Positions 10,083 to 19,354 are shown, counted from the stretch's first letter. The stretch is 64,000 nt of DNA from Candidatus Latescibacterota bacterium (GCA_965116885.1 OZ220741.1:2048001-2112000); one strand, 5' to 3'. The notes: generated by a model not told the origin, from the sequence alone. A program made the numbers and translations.

Positions 10083-10970
10083 ATGATGGATTCTATTTAT
10101 GGGATTGTGCCGCCAGTGGTGACGCCGTTTCGGGAGGATGACTCGCTTGATGAGGGGGCGTTTCGTGCGGATATTCAGTATATGATTGAGACGGCGAAGG
10201 TGCATGGGTTGGCGGTGACGGGGAGTACGGGCGAGGGGCATACGCTCAGAGATGATGAGGTGAGGCAGTTGACGCAATGGGCCGTGGAGGAAGCCGATGG
10301 GCGAGTGCCTGTGATTACGGGGATTATTACGGACAGTACGAAGTCGGCAATTGAGCGCGGGAAGGCTGTGGCCGATTTGGGTCCGGTGGCGTTGCAGGTG
10401 ACGCCGGTGCATTATTTGTTTCGGCCAGACGATGATGCGATGGTCAGGCATTTTGAGGCGTTGTGTGAGGGGACGGGGTTGCCGGTGATGATTTACAATG
10501 TGGTGCCGTGGACGTATTTGTCGCCGGAGTTGTTGACGCGGATTATTGACGAGGTGGAGGGTGTGGTGGGGGTGAAGCAGAGTGCGGGAGATATGAAGTT
10601 GCTGGCTGATTTGTTGTTGATGGCCGGAGATCGAGCGCGGATTATGACTGCGGTAGATGCGTTGTTGTATCCGTCATTTGTTTTGGGTGCACACGGTGCG
10701 ATTGCGGCGATTTTGACGGCGGTGCCCGAGTTGTGTGTGGCGGTGTGGGATGCGTGTCGTGCAGGTGATCATAAAAAGGCGTTGGATTTACACGAGAAGT
10801 TGCTGCCGATTTGGAATGCGATTTTTGATGATAATTTGCCCGCAAATACCAAGTATGCGATGAAGCTACAGGGGCGCGATGGGGGTGTGCCGCGCCCGCC
10901 AATGCCACCGTCGTCTGCCGAGCAGGAGGGGCAGGTTCAGGCGGCATTGGAGAATGCAGGTGTGGTTTAA
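10083..10970 (+). CDS. DapA/NanA-family (dihydrodipicolinate synthase-like) aldolase
   Basis: 'VVTPF', 'GSTGEG', 'MIYN', Schiff-base Lys in 'VGVKQS'. Confidence 0.85.
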   Translation: MMDSIYGIVPPVVTPFREDDSLDEGAFRADIQYMIETAKVHGLAVTGSTGEGHTLRDDEVRQLTQWAVEEADGRVPVITGIITDSTKSAIERGKAVADLGPVALQVTPVHYLFRPDDDAMVRHFEALCEGTGLPVMIYNVVPWTYLSPELLTRIIDEVEGVVGVKQSAGDMKLLADLLLMAGDRARIMTAVDALLYPSFVLGAHGAIAAILTAVPELCVAVWDACRAGDHKKALDLHEKLLPIWNAIFDDNLPANTKYAMKLQGRDGGVPRPPMPPSSAEQEGQVQAALENAGVV

Positions 10971-12343
10971 TCTTTGGACTTCATCCGGATTGGCATTAAT
11001 AATGCCAGCCATTCCGCATTCAGAGGCGTGCGCAAGATGATCGCTTTTCCCTGTTCTCTAAATTCCATTGTGATTTCATCGCTGTCTTCAATATCCAGCG
11101 CATGCAGGACCTGTTTTAGATACGCGAAGTTCACGGCGAACCTGAGTGTGTCTTCTGATGGTGTTTCAAATTTGGCATTGAGGGGGACCTGAAATATCCA
11201 ATCCGCAATGCCTCCTGGCGAGTCGTTATCTTTCGCGTCGTGGAGATATTGGAATTTGCCATTGTCTTCTCGAGCATATCCCGTATCTCGGGATGTGAGA
11301 AAGGTTATGGTTTGGGTCAGTGGCGAGAGGTGTAGATCTACCCGGGGGCGATATTGCCAGGTATCTGATTCTGGATGCCGCGCTTCCATGAAGTCTTGTA
11401 GTAAGTTCAGGGCGTGTGCTAGAAGAGCCGAGGGGATGGAAACGCGCATTGAGGGATCTTCTTGTGGGATGACCTGTTCGTATTTGACATAAGGACCTTC
11501 GATCAGGGGTACCTGAAGGGTTGTGCCGTTGCTCTGGATTTCTGCGGTCTCTTCCGCAATTTTCAATGTGGCCTGTTCGGGGAGTTGGATGTCTGACCAG
11601 GGTCCGAGGACAATGGGTGCGGCCAATTCCGAGAGGCTTTGCAATGTGCGAATGATCATGATATGTCCGTTGGTCGCAGTCGCGCGACCGCCTGTGTCGA
11701 GACATACGCCCTGCAAGATCGGGCGTTTTTCATCGTCGCTTACAAAACCAATTACTTTTTTGAGCGCGTCCATGTCCGCGCGGTCCAGTTCAGTTGTTTG
11801 TGTTTGAATATCCGACATTTTGTGTAGCTCTCCTTTTAATTTGAGACGCGCACGCCTCAGGCGCCCGCGCACGGTTTCTACCGTGAGGTTCAGGAGGTCG
11901 GCTGTTTCCGCGTAAGAATACCCTTTGAAATAGTGGTGGGCGATTACCTGGCGATGTTCAGCCGATAGGATGCGTAGCGCGGCTCGTACAACATGTTTGA
12001 TTTCTTCTTCTGTGTGCGCTGCAGGTTCTGGATAAAATGTTTCTTCCAGTCGCAATTGCACGGCTCGACGGCGATGATGGGAGTTGACGGCGTTGCGTAC
12101 GATGCTGTGTAACCAGGGTCTAAATCGGTCGGGTTTGCGAAGTTGATGCAGATTTTCGTACGCTTTGATAAATACGATTTGGACCAGGTCTTCTACGTCG
12201 TCAACCAATCGCACAGATTGGGCAATTTGGGCATACACATATCGCGAATAGCGTTGCACCAGAACTGCGAATGCTTTGCGGTCGCCGTCCAGAATTCTGG
12301 CGATGAGCGCGCTGTCTTCAATGTGTTCCACGAATTGCTCCAA
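10967..12343 (-). CDS. ECF sigma factor with C-terminal DNA polymerase III beta-clamp-like extension (start TTG 12343 or GTG 12331)
   Basis: N-terminal sigma2 ('AFAVLVQRY', 'EDLVQIVFIKAY', 'FRPWLHSIVRN') and sigma4 ('GYSYAETA..L..TVRGRLRRAR'); C-terminal DnaN-like motifs 'SDDEKRPILQGV', 'ATNGH', 'LIEGPYVKYEQVIP', 'VNFAYL', 'LLMPIR'. Confidence 0.85.
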   Translation of the reverse strand: MEQFVEHIEDSALIARILDGDRKAFAVLVQRYSRYVYAQIAQSVRLVDDVEDLVQIVFIKAYENLHQLRKPDRFRPWLHSIVRNAVNSHHRRRAVQLRLEETFYPEPAAHTEEEIKHVVRAALRILSAEHRQVIAHHYFKGYSYAETADLLNLTVETVRGRLRRARLKLKGELHKMSDIQTQTTELDRADMDALKKVIGFVSDDEKRPILQGVCLDTGGRATATNGHIMIIRTLQSLSELAAPIVLGPWSDIQLPEQATLKIAEETAEIQSNGTTLQVPLIEGPYVKYEQVIPQEDPSMRVSIPSALLAHALNLLQDFMEARHPESDTWQYRPRVDLHLSPLTQTITFLTSRDTGYAREDNGKFQYLHDAKDNDSPGGIADWIFQVPLNAKFETPSEDTLRFAVNFAYLKQVLHALDIEDSDEITMEFREQGKAIILRTPLNAEWLALLMPIRMKSKD

Positions 12344-12374
12344 GAGAAATCAATCCACGCGTGTTTAAATAAAA

Positions 12375-12400
12375 GACGAGTCTGTATCCCGAAAGTGTCG
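12375..12400 (-). promoter_or_regulatory. Putative ECF-type autoregulatory promoter (CGACAC-N16-CGTC)
   Basis: Minus strand CGACAC tttcgggatacagact CGTC, between the upstream terminator and the ECF start; spacing matches the ECF pattern TGAAAC-N16-CGTn. Confidence 0.45.
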
Positions 12401-12409
12401 TATGGATAT

Positions 12410-12441
12410 AAAAAAAGCCCCGGATTGTTCCGAGGCTTTTT
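12410..12441. terminator. Intrinsic terminator, potentially bidirectional
   Basis: AAAAAAAGCCCCGGATTGTTCCGAGGCTTTTT: hairpin flanked by A and T tracts, just after the PhyH stop at 12456. Confidence 0.7.
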
Positions 12442-12455
12442 GATTTTGGGGACTT

Positions 12456-13274
12456 TTAAGCATTGGGACACTTAAAGTCCAGGCCGTCCATGATGACTTT
12501 GATCTGATCGGATGGTTTAAAATAATCTGTCGCCGTATATTTTTCGCCCAGGTCGCCCATTAACCGACGGCGGCGAGGTGTCATGCGGGATAGCACTTCT
12601 TCGGGACATTTTTCATAATCGTAGGGCCTGCACCACATTTGTCCATACCGGAAGGTGATGCTGCGCCGCACGACGTCTGTGTGATTTGGTGCGACGGCGT
12701 GCCACATGGTGTTGGGGAAGATCGCGCAATCTCCCGCTTCGGCAATGAGTTGTATTGCACCGGGCGGTGTTTCATTGCGGGATCCTTTGGGCATTGGGCG
12801 GCGATGACTGCCGGGTACCAGACAGAAGTTTGCACAATTTTCGTGTGGAATATCGGTGAGGAAGAACTGTATTTTGAAGTTTAATGGCAGACTGTCTGGC
12901 GTGACCCGAATTTGTGCCAGTGAGCGTCCGGCATCGGTGTGCCAGCCGATCAAGTTATCGGATTTGTCATTTGGATAGCGTACGTAAATTTGCGATCCCA
13001 TGATCTGGATATAAGGTCCCATCAGGTCGAGGATGACGCCAAATAAGTTGGGGTGGTCCATTAATCCGTCGATCCGATTCGTTCGGAAGAGCGTTTGGAT
13101 GATGGTATAGACGCCTTTTTCGAGTACTTTGGGATATTTGGCTTCGTACTTCGCGATTACTTCATTGGCCGCGTCGAGATATTCCGCTGCTTCGTCTTTG
13201 GGAATTACATTTTTAAGATGTAAATATCCCTGTTCCTGCCACTGTTGCCGCATGGATTTGCTCAAGTGGTTCAT
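12456..13274 (-). CDS. Phytanoyl-CoA dioxygenase (PhyH) family Fe(II)/2OG dioxygenase
   Basis: 'WHTD', 'VPGSH', 'AGDC.IF...WH', 'RRSITFRY'. Confidence 0.85.
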   Translation of the reverse strand: MNHLSKSMRQQWQEQGYLHLKNVIPKDEAAEYLDAANEVIAKYEAKYPKVLEKGVYTIIQTLFRTNRIDGLMDHPNLFGVILDLMGPYIQIMGSQIYVRYPNDKSDNLIGWHTDAGRSLAQIRVTPDSLPLNFKIQFFLTDIPHENCANFCLVPGSHRRPMPKGSRNETPPGAIQLIAEAGDCAIFPNTMWHAVAPNHTDVVRRSITFRYGQMWCRPYDYEKCPEEVLSRMTPRRRRLMGDLGEKYTATDYFKPSDQIKVIMDGLDFKCPNA

Positions 13275-13387
13275 GTCAAAGCTCCTGTTTTTTGAATGTT
13301 GTTTTAGACCTTAGCCCTTGCCTGATGGTGTATAATGCGATATTTTCTCGATGAAACTATCGGAAAACAATATAAAAGGAGGCTTTT

Positions 13388-13708
13388 ATGCTCGTGTTGA
13401 CAACCCCCAATATTGAAGGGAAAACTATTGATAGCTATCAGGGCATTGTGACGGGTGAAGCTATTTTGGGTGCCAATTTTTTTAAGGATATCTTTGCGAG
13501 TCTCCGCGATATTGTCGGCGGGCGTTCAGCCGCGTATGAGTCAGAACTCCGCAGAGCCAAAGATCTCGCCATTGAGGAAATGGTCGAACAGGCACGCGGT
13601 ATGGGCGCCAATGCCGTCATTGGCGTGGATCTCGACTACGATACGGTTGGCGAGGGCAGTATGCTTATGGTCAGTGCCAGTGGCACGGCTGTTACTTATC
13701 GGAATTGA
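13388..13708 (+). CDS. ybjQ: YbjQ/UPF0145 family protein
   Basis: '[31 protein letters not shown]', '[12 protein letters not shown]', '[11 protein letters not shown]'; AAGGAGG RBS. Confidence 0.9.
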   Translation: MLVLTTPNIEGKTIDSYQGIVTGEAILGANFFKDIFASLRDIVGGRSAAYESELRRAKDLAIEEMVEQARGMGANAVIGVDLDYDTVGEGSMLMVSASGTAVTYRN

Positions 13709-14584
13709 GACGTTCGTTATTTTGTATTGTGTTTTGGAAAATTTCGATTCTTTCACCACGGTTTGCGATTCGTAAATGGATCCGCTTCGGAGTGCGCCCG
13801 GCCAGGGCATTCTCACGGGTACGGCTTCCACGCGCGGGATGTTGGTCGGTTCGCCGCGCACGATTGTTTCATTGAACAAATCCCAGTTGTTCAGGCCCGA
13901 TAGGGGATATGCATCGATCGCGCAGTATTGAAATAGGAGCAGTCGGCGGGGTTTGTCGGATGTATTGGATACTGATCCGTGTAGCATGCGCACGTGATGG
14001 ATTGTGATGCCGCCTGCTTTTACCATTACGGGCACGGCGCCTTTGTCGCTAAAGGTCGAGTCGGTTACGGCGCCGCAGAAATGGCCGTCGAGGTGATGGT
14101 CGTAAATTGGCCCTTTGTGTGAGCCGGGAATGACGAGCAAGGGGCCGTTTTCTTCTGTCATGTCGTCGAGTACTATGCCCACGGCGAGCAAGTCGTCGTT
14201 GCTATGGGGATAAAATGCCCAGTCCTGATGCCACTCGACCGGGCTGCCGTAGCCGGGTTGTTTCATGTTGAGCTTGTTGCCATTGCACCGCAGGCCGTAT
14301 CCGATCAATTGCGATACGATTCCCAAAATTTTCTCGTGATGCAGGGTCTTGCGATATACTTCATGTAGCAAAATCGGACTTTTTAAGCGTCTCAGTTTTG
14401 GGTTTTCGGGTGTGTGTCCGGGTTCGAGGTCGAATGCTTCGGTGTGATCGGTGACCTCCCGCGATTTTTCCACATATTCATCGGTTATCCGCCGCAGGTC
14501 GTTGACTTCGTCTTCACTGAGCACGTTCTCCACACCGAGATATCCGTGTTCGTGGTAAAACGCAATTTGTTCTTGAGTGAGCAT
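13541..14584 (-). CDS. PhyH-family dioxygenase (C-terminus reads through antisense into ybjQ)
   Basis: '[15 protein letters not shown]', 'WHQDWAFYP', 'IPGSHKG', 'LHGS', 'RRLL'. Confidence 0.8.
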   Translation of the reverse strand: MLTQEQIAFYHEHGYLGVENVLSEDEVNDLRRITDEYVEKSREVTDHTEAFDLEPGHTPENPKLRRLKSPILLHEVYRKTLHHEKILGIVSQLIGYGLRCNGNKLNMKQPGYGSPVEWHQDWAFYPHSNDDLLAVGIVLDDMTEENGPLLVIPGSHKGPIYDHHLDGHFCGAVTDSTFSDKGAVPVMVKAGGITIHHVRMLHGSVSNTSDKPRRLLLFQYCAIDAYPLSGLNNWDLFNETIVRGEPTNIPRVEAVPVRMPWPGALRSGSIYESQTVVKESKFSKTQYKITNVSIPISNSRATGTDHKHTALANRIVVEIHANDGIGAHTACLFDHFLNGEIFGSAEF

Positions 14585-14600
14585 GGGTTACTCCTTCTTT

Positions 14601-16073
14601 TTATGGATGTCGGTATTTGTTTCCAAATTTTTCGCGCAGTAAGACCGCGCCTTCTGCACGGTCGGTTTCTGCAAGGCGGTCGCAATAGTCTTCGAAAGCT
14701 CCCCAGGTGTGCATTGGTCCGCCTTCTTGCATGACTGTCCAGAGGGGGTCGTTGTCGTAGGGCCGCGGCATGGTTTCCATCATGTGGTCGTGCCAGTTCA
14801 TCAGCCGATACGCAGCCTCGCGGCATATATCGGGATTTTCAGCGGCTACGTCGCGCATTTCATAGGGGTCGTCTGATAGATTAAATAATAATTCGCGCGG
14901 GTAAAGTCGATATCCGTCGTGATAGGTGCGGATGTAGATCCAGTCGTCAAAGCGGACAGCCCGCTGACATACATGCGCGCACTGGCTCAAGATCAATTCG
15001 CTGCGCCCGGCATCTGCGCCTTCGGTAATGACCGGGGCATAACTTTCGCCATCCCACAACGCCTGTTTTTGCCCGCATAGAAGATCGGATAGTGTGGGCG
15101 CTAAATCAATATTGTAATGCAGGCCCTCGTCTGTGATTCCAGACTGCCCGCCGGGCCATTTTACGATCATAGGAATATGGCAGGTCGCCTGATCGGCTGT
15201 TCCGTGTTCGCCGTATATGCCGAGTTCGCCCATGTTTTCGCCGTGATCTGCGCTGATGATGATCGCGGTGTCGTCCAGTACGCCTTTGTTTTCTAATATT
15301 TCCACAATGATGGCAATTTGATCATCTACGTACCGGATCGCGGTGTCATATCCATCGATCATCCGTCGCAGGTCGTCCATGTTGTCCAGGCGCCCGGGGT
15401 GCCGGGGAAAGCGCGGATTGGGGCGGTCGTTCCACATCATAATGTCCTGCGCGGTGTGGGGACCGACGAGTTTTTTGTGTTCTTCCAGTAATTCGGGGGT
15501 CAGCCAGTCCGGCAGGGGGTCATCGGCAAAGGGTTCGCCGTATTCCGCTGGCGCGCGATAGGGTGTGTGTACATCCCAGTAGTTGATGTGTAAAAACCAT
15601 TTGTCGTCCGAGGCATTGTCATTTAGCCACTTTTCGACTACAGGTGTTACTTCTTCGGCTGATTCCATGCCGCCTTTGCCGGTGTTGTGTATTTCGTTGA
15701 AGCCCGCGTAAAAATGCCACGCGGCATGCCGCTGTCCAAAGGGGCTGATCATGGATGTTTTAAAGCCCTGACGTTGCAGGAATCCGGCCAGTCCCTCGTT
15801 TGCCAGTCGATCTCGAAATCCGCGGTTTGGTCCATTTATGCGCCGTTCTGACGCTGTGCCGCCGTGCCCTACGACGCCCGAATGAATGCCGAATTGCCCG
15901 GAGTAAAATGCCGTGCGCGATGGCAAGCAGGGTGCGTCTGTTGTATAGACCTGGTTAAATCGAATGCCTTCGGCTGCAATTTTGTCGATTGTAGGCGATG
16001 TGTTGCGGTGATATCCGTAACAGCCGAGGTGTGTGGGATTTAAGGCGTCGAGATCGAGGTACAGGATGCGCAT
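14601..16073 (-). CDS. Cys-type sulfatase
   Basis: Formylglycine motif CLPSR; 'TSPTID', 'WDVHTPY', 'ADHGE', 'EHG'. Confidence 0.9.
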   Translation of the reverse strand: MRILYLDLDALNPTHLGCYGYHRNTSPTIDKIAAEGIRFNQVYTTDAPCLPSRTAFYSGQFGIHSGVVGHGGTASERRINGPNRGFRDRLANEGLAGFLQRQGFKTSMISPFGQRHAAWHFYAGFNEIHNTGKGGMESAEEVTPVVEKWLNDNASDDKWFLHINYWDVHTPYRAPAEYGEPFADDPLPDWLTPELLEEHKKLVGPHTAQDIMMWNDRPNPRFPRHPGRLDNMDDLRRMIDGYDTAIRYVDDQIAIIVEILENKGVLDDTAIIISADHGENMGELGIYGEHGTADQATCHIPMIVKWPGGQSGITDEGLHYNIDLAPTLSDLLCGQKQALWDGESYAPVITEGADAGRSELILSQCAHVCQRAVRFDDWIYIRTYHDGYRLYPRELLFNLSDDPYEMRDVAAENPDICREAAYRLMNWHDHMMETMPRPYDNDPLWTVMQEGGPMHTWGAFEDYCDRLAETDRAEGAVLLREKFGNKYRHP

Positions 16074-16153
16074 AGATGTTCCTTTTCTGTTTTGGTTAGT
16101 TTAAGGGATAATTTACCTTTAAAATCGTTTCTTAGCAAGTTTATCAGTGGTCT

Positions 16154-16233
16154 GTAGGGGACGGCCCCTGTGCCGTCCCGCACGACCACCTGTGTCTGAC
16201 CTTCTGCGGGCGACCACAGGGGGTCGCCCCTAC
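16154..16233. repeat. Inverted pair of GTAG-type REP elements (REPIN/BIME-like)
   Basis: GTAG-GGGACGGC-ccctgt-GCCGTCCC (16154-16179, +) and GTAG-GGGCGACC-ccctgt-GGTCGCCC (16233-16208, -). Confidence 0.8.
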
Positions 16234-16307
16234 AAAACGGATTAACTTGACGGATCGGCCCGTTGACATTATCCTGCATCGCACAAACAATAGCGAGGAG
16301 GCCGCAG

Positions 16308-17111
16308 ATGATAGAGCCGACAATTTCTCTTTCACAGGAACAAATTCATTCATTTCACGAGGATGGATTCCTCGTTCTCAATGCGATTACCACGGAGGAG
16401 GAGGTGGAACAGCTTCGGGAAATTTACGATCGGCTTTTTTCGGATCGCACGGGGTGGGATCAGGGGAGTCAGTTTGATCTGGCGGGTACCGATGAGGATG
16501 ATCAACCACGCCTTCCGCAAATGCTCGGTCCCAGCCGTTTTGCGCCCGAGTTGAAGGATACGCTCTATCTGGCTAATGCGCGGGCGATTGCGCGGCAGTT
16601 GCTGGGTTCTGATATGCTCGATAGGAATGGCGAACATATGATTTACAAGCCGCCGCGTATTGGTGCGGCAACGCCGTGGCATCAGGATCAGGCGTATCAC
16701 GATCCTGCGATGGCGTATAAAGGTGTAAATTTCTGGATGCCGCTGGACGATGCGACGGTTGAGTCGGGTTGTTTGCAGTTTATTCCGGGTAGCCACAAGC
16801 TCGATGTTTTGCCGCATCACAGCATTAACCGGGATCCGCGCATTCACGGTCTTGAGGTTGATGATCCCGAACAGTATGCTGAACGGGCAGTTCCCTGTCC
16901 TGTTGCGGCTGGTGGGGCTTCGCTTCACGCGTGTTATATGCTGCATTACGCAGAGCCAAATCGCACAGATGTTCCGCGGAGGGCTTATACGCTTACGTTC
17001 AGGACGCCACCCCAGACGCGCGATAAACCCGTTGATGCATATTGGCAAAAGAACAAACAGACGGCGCGGCAAACAAGGGCGAATGCGTATCAAACAAGGG
17101 GTTCTATGTAG
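16308..17111 (+). CDS. PhyH-family dioxygenase
   Basis: GAGGAGG RBS; 'TPWHQD', 'WMPLDDAT', 'IPGSH', 'LHYA..NRT..PRR'. Confidence 0.85.
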   Translation: MIEPTISLSQEQIHSFHEDGFLVLNAITTEEEVEQLREIYDRLFSDRTGWDQGSQFDLAGTDEDDQPRLPQMLGPSRFAPELKDTLYLANARAIARQLLGSDMLDRNGEHMIYKPPRIGAATPWHQDQAYHDPAMAYKGVNFWMPLDDATVESGCLQFIPGSHKLDVLPHHSINRDPRIHGLEVDDPEQYAERAVPCPVAAGGASLHACYMLHYAEPNRTDVPRRAYTLTFRTPPQTRDKPVDAYWQKNKQTARQTRANAYQTRGSM

Positions 17112-17122
17112 TTGTTTATTTG

Positions 17123-17208
17123 GACCTACCCCCCTAACCCCCCTTCCTACGAGGAAGGGGGGATCAGGTCTCCCCTCCCCGTCTCGGGGAGGGGCCGGGG
17201 GAGGGGTC
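17123..17208. repeat. GC-rich double-hairpin intergenic palindromic element
   Basis: CCCCCTTCCTacgAGGAAGGGGG and CCCCTCCCCGtctCGGGGAGGGG nested within complementary outer arms. Confidence 0.7.
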
Positions 17209-17223
17209 AGAAAAGGAGATTTT

Positions 17224-18231
17224 ATGAAAGTTCTCGTTACAGGCGCCGCCGGTCAGGTCGGTTGCCGACTGGTGCGCCAGTTGCTTGACCAAAATTGTGA
17301 AGTGCGGGGGACTATTCTTCCCGACGATCCCGCGCGCAGCCGTCTCGACGGTGTCGATATTGAGTTGCGCGAGGGGGATTTGACGGATTTATCTTATGTT
17401 AAAGATGCTGTCGAGGGCGTGGATGCGGTTATTCATACCGCCAATCTCGTCGGTCCGCATTTTGAACTCAACAATCAGATCAATATCCAGGTTACACGCG
17501 CGTGTGAGGGCGTTGCCGATCGTCTCGAACGCTATGTTTATACCAGTTCTTCGGGTGTGTTTCCCAATAATGGCGAAAATGTTCCGTGTGCTTATCACCC
17601 GGTGGATGAATTGCATCCCAAACGGCCGGATGGCGAGTATTCTATGTCCAAGTATTTCGGCGAGGTGATGGCAGAACGCGCGAATCGGGAGACGGGTTTG
17701 CGCTATTCGATTGTGCGTCCGAGTCACGTTTTGTCCGGGACTAAAATTTTGAACCAGTTCAGTGTTGCGCGCGTGGTCAATTTGTTGAAGAAAAGTCAGG
17801 AAAGACCCGGTACTGAACTCTATATGGCCGATGGTACAGAACTGTGGCACGATATCGAAGATAGGGCGGTTTCTCCGCAGCAACCGTGTAGTATTACGGA
17901 TGAGGACGGACGCCCATGGCTTTATCAACCGCAGGATGCCCGCGATATTGCCCATTGTCTGGTTTGTGCGCTGAATTCTGGCGCAGCACTGGGTGAGTCG
18001 TTCAATGCCGGCGCGCCAGAGCCTTTTCCTTTTACCGAAGGGGCGCGGTTGATTGGAGAAAGAAGAGGGGTTGATCCGCTTGAGGTCAGGGTTCCGCTAC
18101 AGTATATGTATGACCATGCGATTGGCAAGGCGAAGAGTCTGATTGATTATCGTCCGCAAGGCGATTTGAATGCGATGATTGAGTCGGCTTTTGCGTGTGA
18201 AGAAGGTGCGACGGATTATACCTGGGATTGA
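17224..18231 (+). CDS. NAD-dependent epimerase/dehydratase (extended SDR)
   Basis: AAGGAG RBS; 'VLVTGAAGQVG', 'YTSSS', 'YSMSK'. Confidence 0.85.
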   Translation: MKVLVTGAAGQVGCRLVRQLLDQNCEVRGTILPDDPARSRLDGVDIELREGDLTDLSYVKDAVEGVDAVIHTANLVGPHFELNNQINIQVTRACEGVADRLERYVYTSSSGVFPNNGENVPCAYHPVDELHPKRPDGEYSMSKYFGEVMAERANRETGLRYSIVRPSHVLSGTKILNQFSVARVVNLLKKSQERPGTELYMADGTELWHDIEDRAVSPQQPCSITDEDGRPWLYQPQDARDIAHCLVCALNSGAALGESFNAGAPEPFPFTEGARLIGERRGVDPLEVRVPLQYMYDHAIGKAKSLIDYRPQGDLNAMIESAFACEEGATDYTWD

Positions 18232-19250
18232 AGGCGCGTTCGCAAGGCATCTATCAGATTATCTGATGGTTCGCAGGGGAGTTCTACGGGCCGATGTTCC
18301 AATGCGCTTGTGTAGATTCCCAGGATGATGTTGAAGTCGCGCAAGGCGAGATTGTGGTTCAGGGGATGGACTTTTGTGTCGTCTTCTATCCATTGTAGCA
18401 TGGCGTCTGTCATGGCGGCTTGTCCGAGTATGTCTTCGTCCGGGTATTCGTGCGTGCCCCGTTCTATGTGGCCATCGATGCCTGTTTCCCACGACCACAT
18501 GGTCCAGTGTACATATCCCCGCGTGCCATAGGCGGCGATCCGCTTGTGGACATTGGTGCGGTCTTCATTTGTTACGCGGGGGGCATAAGGTCCCGAGATG
18601 AGTTGGGCGCGCAGGCCATCGGCGTATTCTATTGCTCCGATGCACTGGTCGGGCGCGAAGTGCTTTTTGGGCGTGTCTTCCAGGCCGTCTGTGCCAGAGG
18701 CTTGTCCCATTACTTTTGTGGGGAGGCCGTCTGGATGAAAGGCGGCAATGGATTGTAGCGCATGGGTGCCCTGATACGCCAGGTTCATGCCGCAACTCGC
18801 TTCGATAAATCGGATGTCGCCGATTTTTCCCTCCTGTACAATATTTTGCAAATGCTGTCTGCGCGGGTGAAAGTGTAGCTGGTGATTTACCGCGATTTTG
18901 GTTTTTGCGGTTGCTGCAAAGTTTTTGATCGCGCGCCAGTCTTCTCCCTGAATTGCTATGGGTTTTTCCACGAGGACAGCGGGTACTCCGGCGTTTTCCG
19001 CGGCTTCGAATACTTCCAGTCGCACACTGGGCGGGGTATTTACGTGTACCAGGTCTGGCTGTTCTTTTTCAAACATTTCCCGATAGTCCAAATACCTTAT
19101 ATCGACGTCAAATGTATCGCCAAATGCGTGCAGATTTTCTTCTGTTCGCGTGGAGATTGCGGCGAGTTTGCCGTGCGTTACGTGTCGATACGCTTCCGCC
19201 AACCCCCGCGCGCGTCCGCCGCTTACGCCGATTATTGCACATTTAAGCAT
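18216..19250 (-). CDS. Gfo/Idh/MocA-family oxidoreductase
   Basis: N-terminal Rossmann fold, 'VEKPIA', 'VNHQLHFHP'. Confidence 0.85.
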   Translation of the reverse strand: MLKCAIIGVSGGRARGLAEAYRHVTHGKLAAISTRTEENLHAFGDTFDVDIRYLDYREMFEKEQPDLVHVNTPPSVRLEVFEAAENAGVPAVLVEKPIAIQGEDWRAIKNFAATAKTKIAVNHQLHFHPRRQHLQNIVQEGKIGDIRFIEASCGMNLAYQGTHALQSIAAFHPDGLPTKVMGQASGTDGLEDTPKKHFAPDQCIGAIEYADGLRAQLISGPYAPRVTNEDRTNVHKRIAAYGTRGYVHWTMWSWETGIDGHIERGTHEYPDEDILGQAAMTDAMLQWIEDDTKVHPLNHNLALRDFNIILGIYTSALEHRPVELPCEPSDNLIDALRTRLQSQV

Positions 19251-19267
19251 TGAGTTCTTCCTCCAAA

Positions 19268-19352
19268 AGTCAGTAGTCAGTAGTCAGTCCAACCAGTCCC
19301 CAGTCCCTCTTTTTTATCTGCATTTATCTGCGTTTATCTGCGTCATCTGCGG
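19268..19352. repeat. Short tandem repeats (AGTCAGT x3, AGTCCCC-like, ATCTGCGTTT-like x3-4)
   Basis: agtcagtagtcagtagtcagt at 19268-19288; atctgcatttatctgcgtttatctgcgtcatctgcgg at 19316-19352. Confidence 0.75.
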
Positions 19353-19354
19353 AT

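Noticed and set aside
10967..11818. The replicative dnaN gene
   Set aside because: Lacks clamp domain I, is fused to a sigma factor, and has no dnaA/recF/gyrB context
16750..17223. Long N-terminal extension of the epimerase ORF (also extensions at 29129, 30243, 41947, 60626)
   Set aside because: They overlap upstream genes or repeats; family homology starts at downstream ATGs, most with a clear RBS
16154..19352. CRISPR array
   Set aside because: No regularly spaced identical repeats with unique spacers and no cas genes; the repeats are REP-type or tandem
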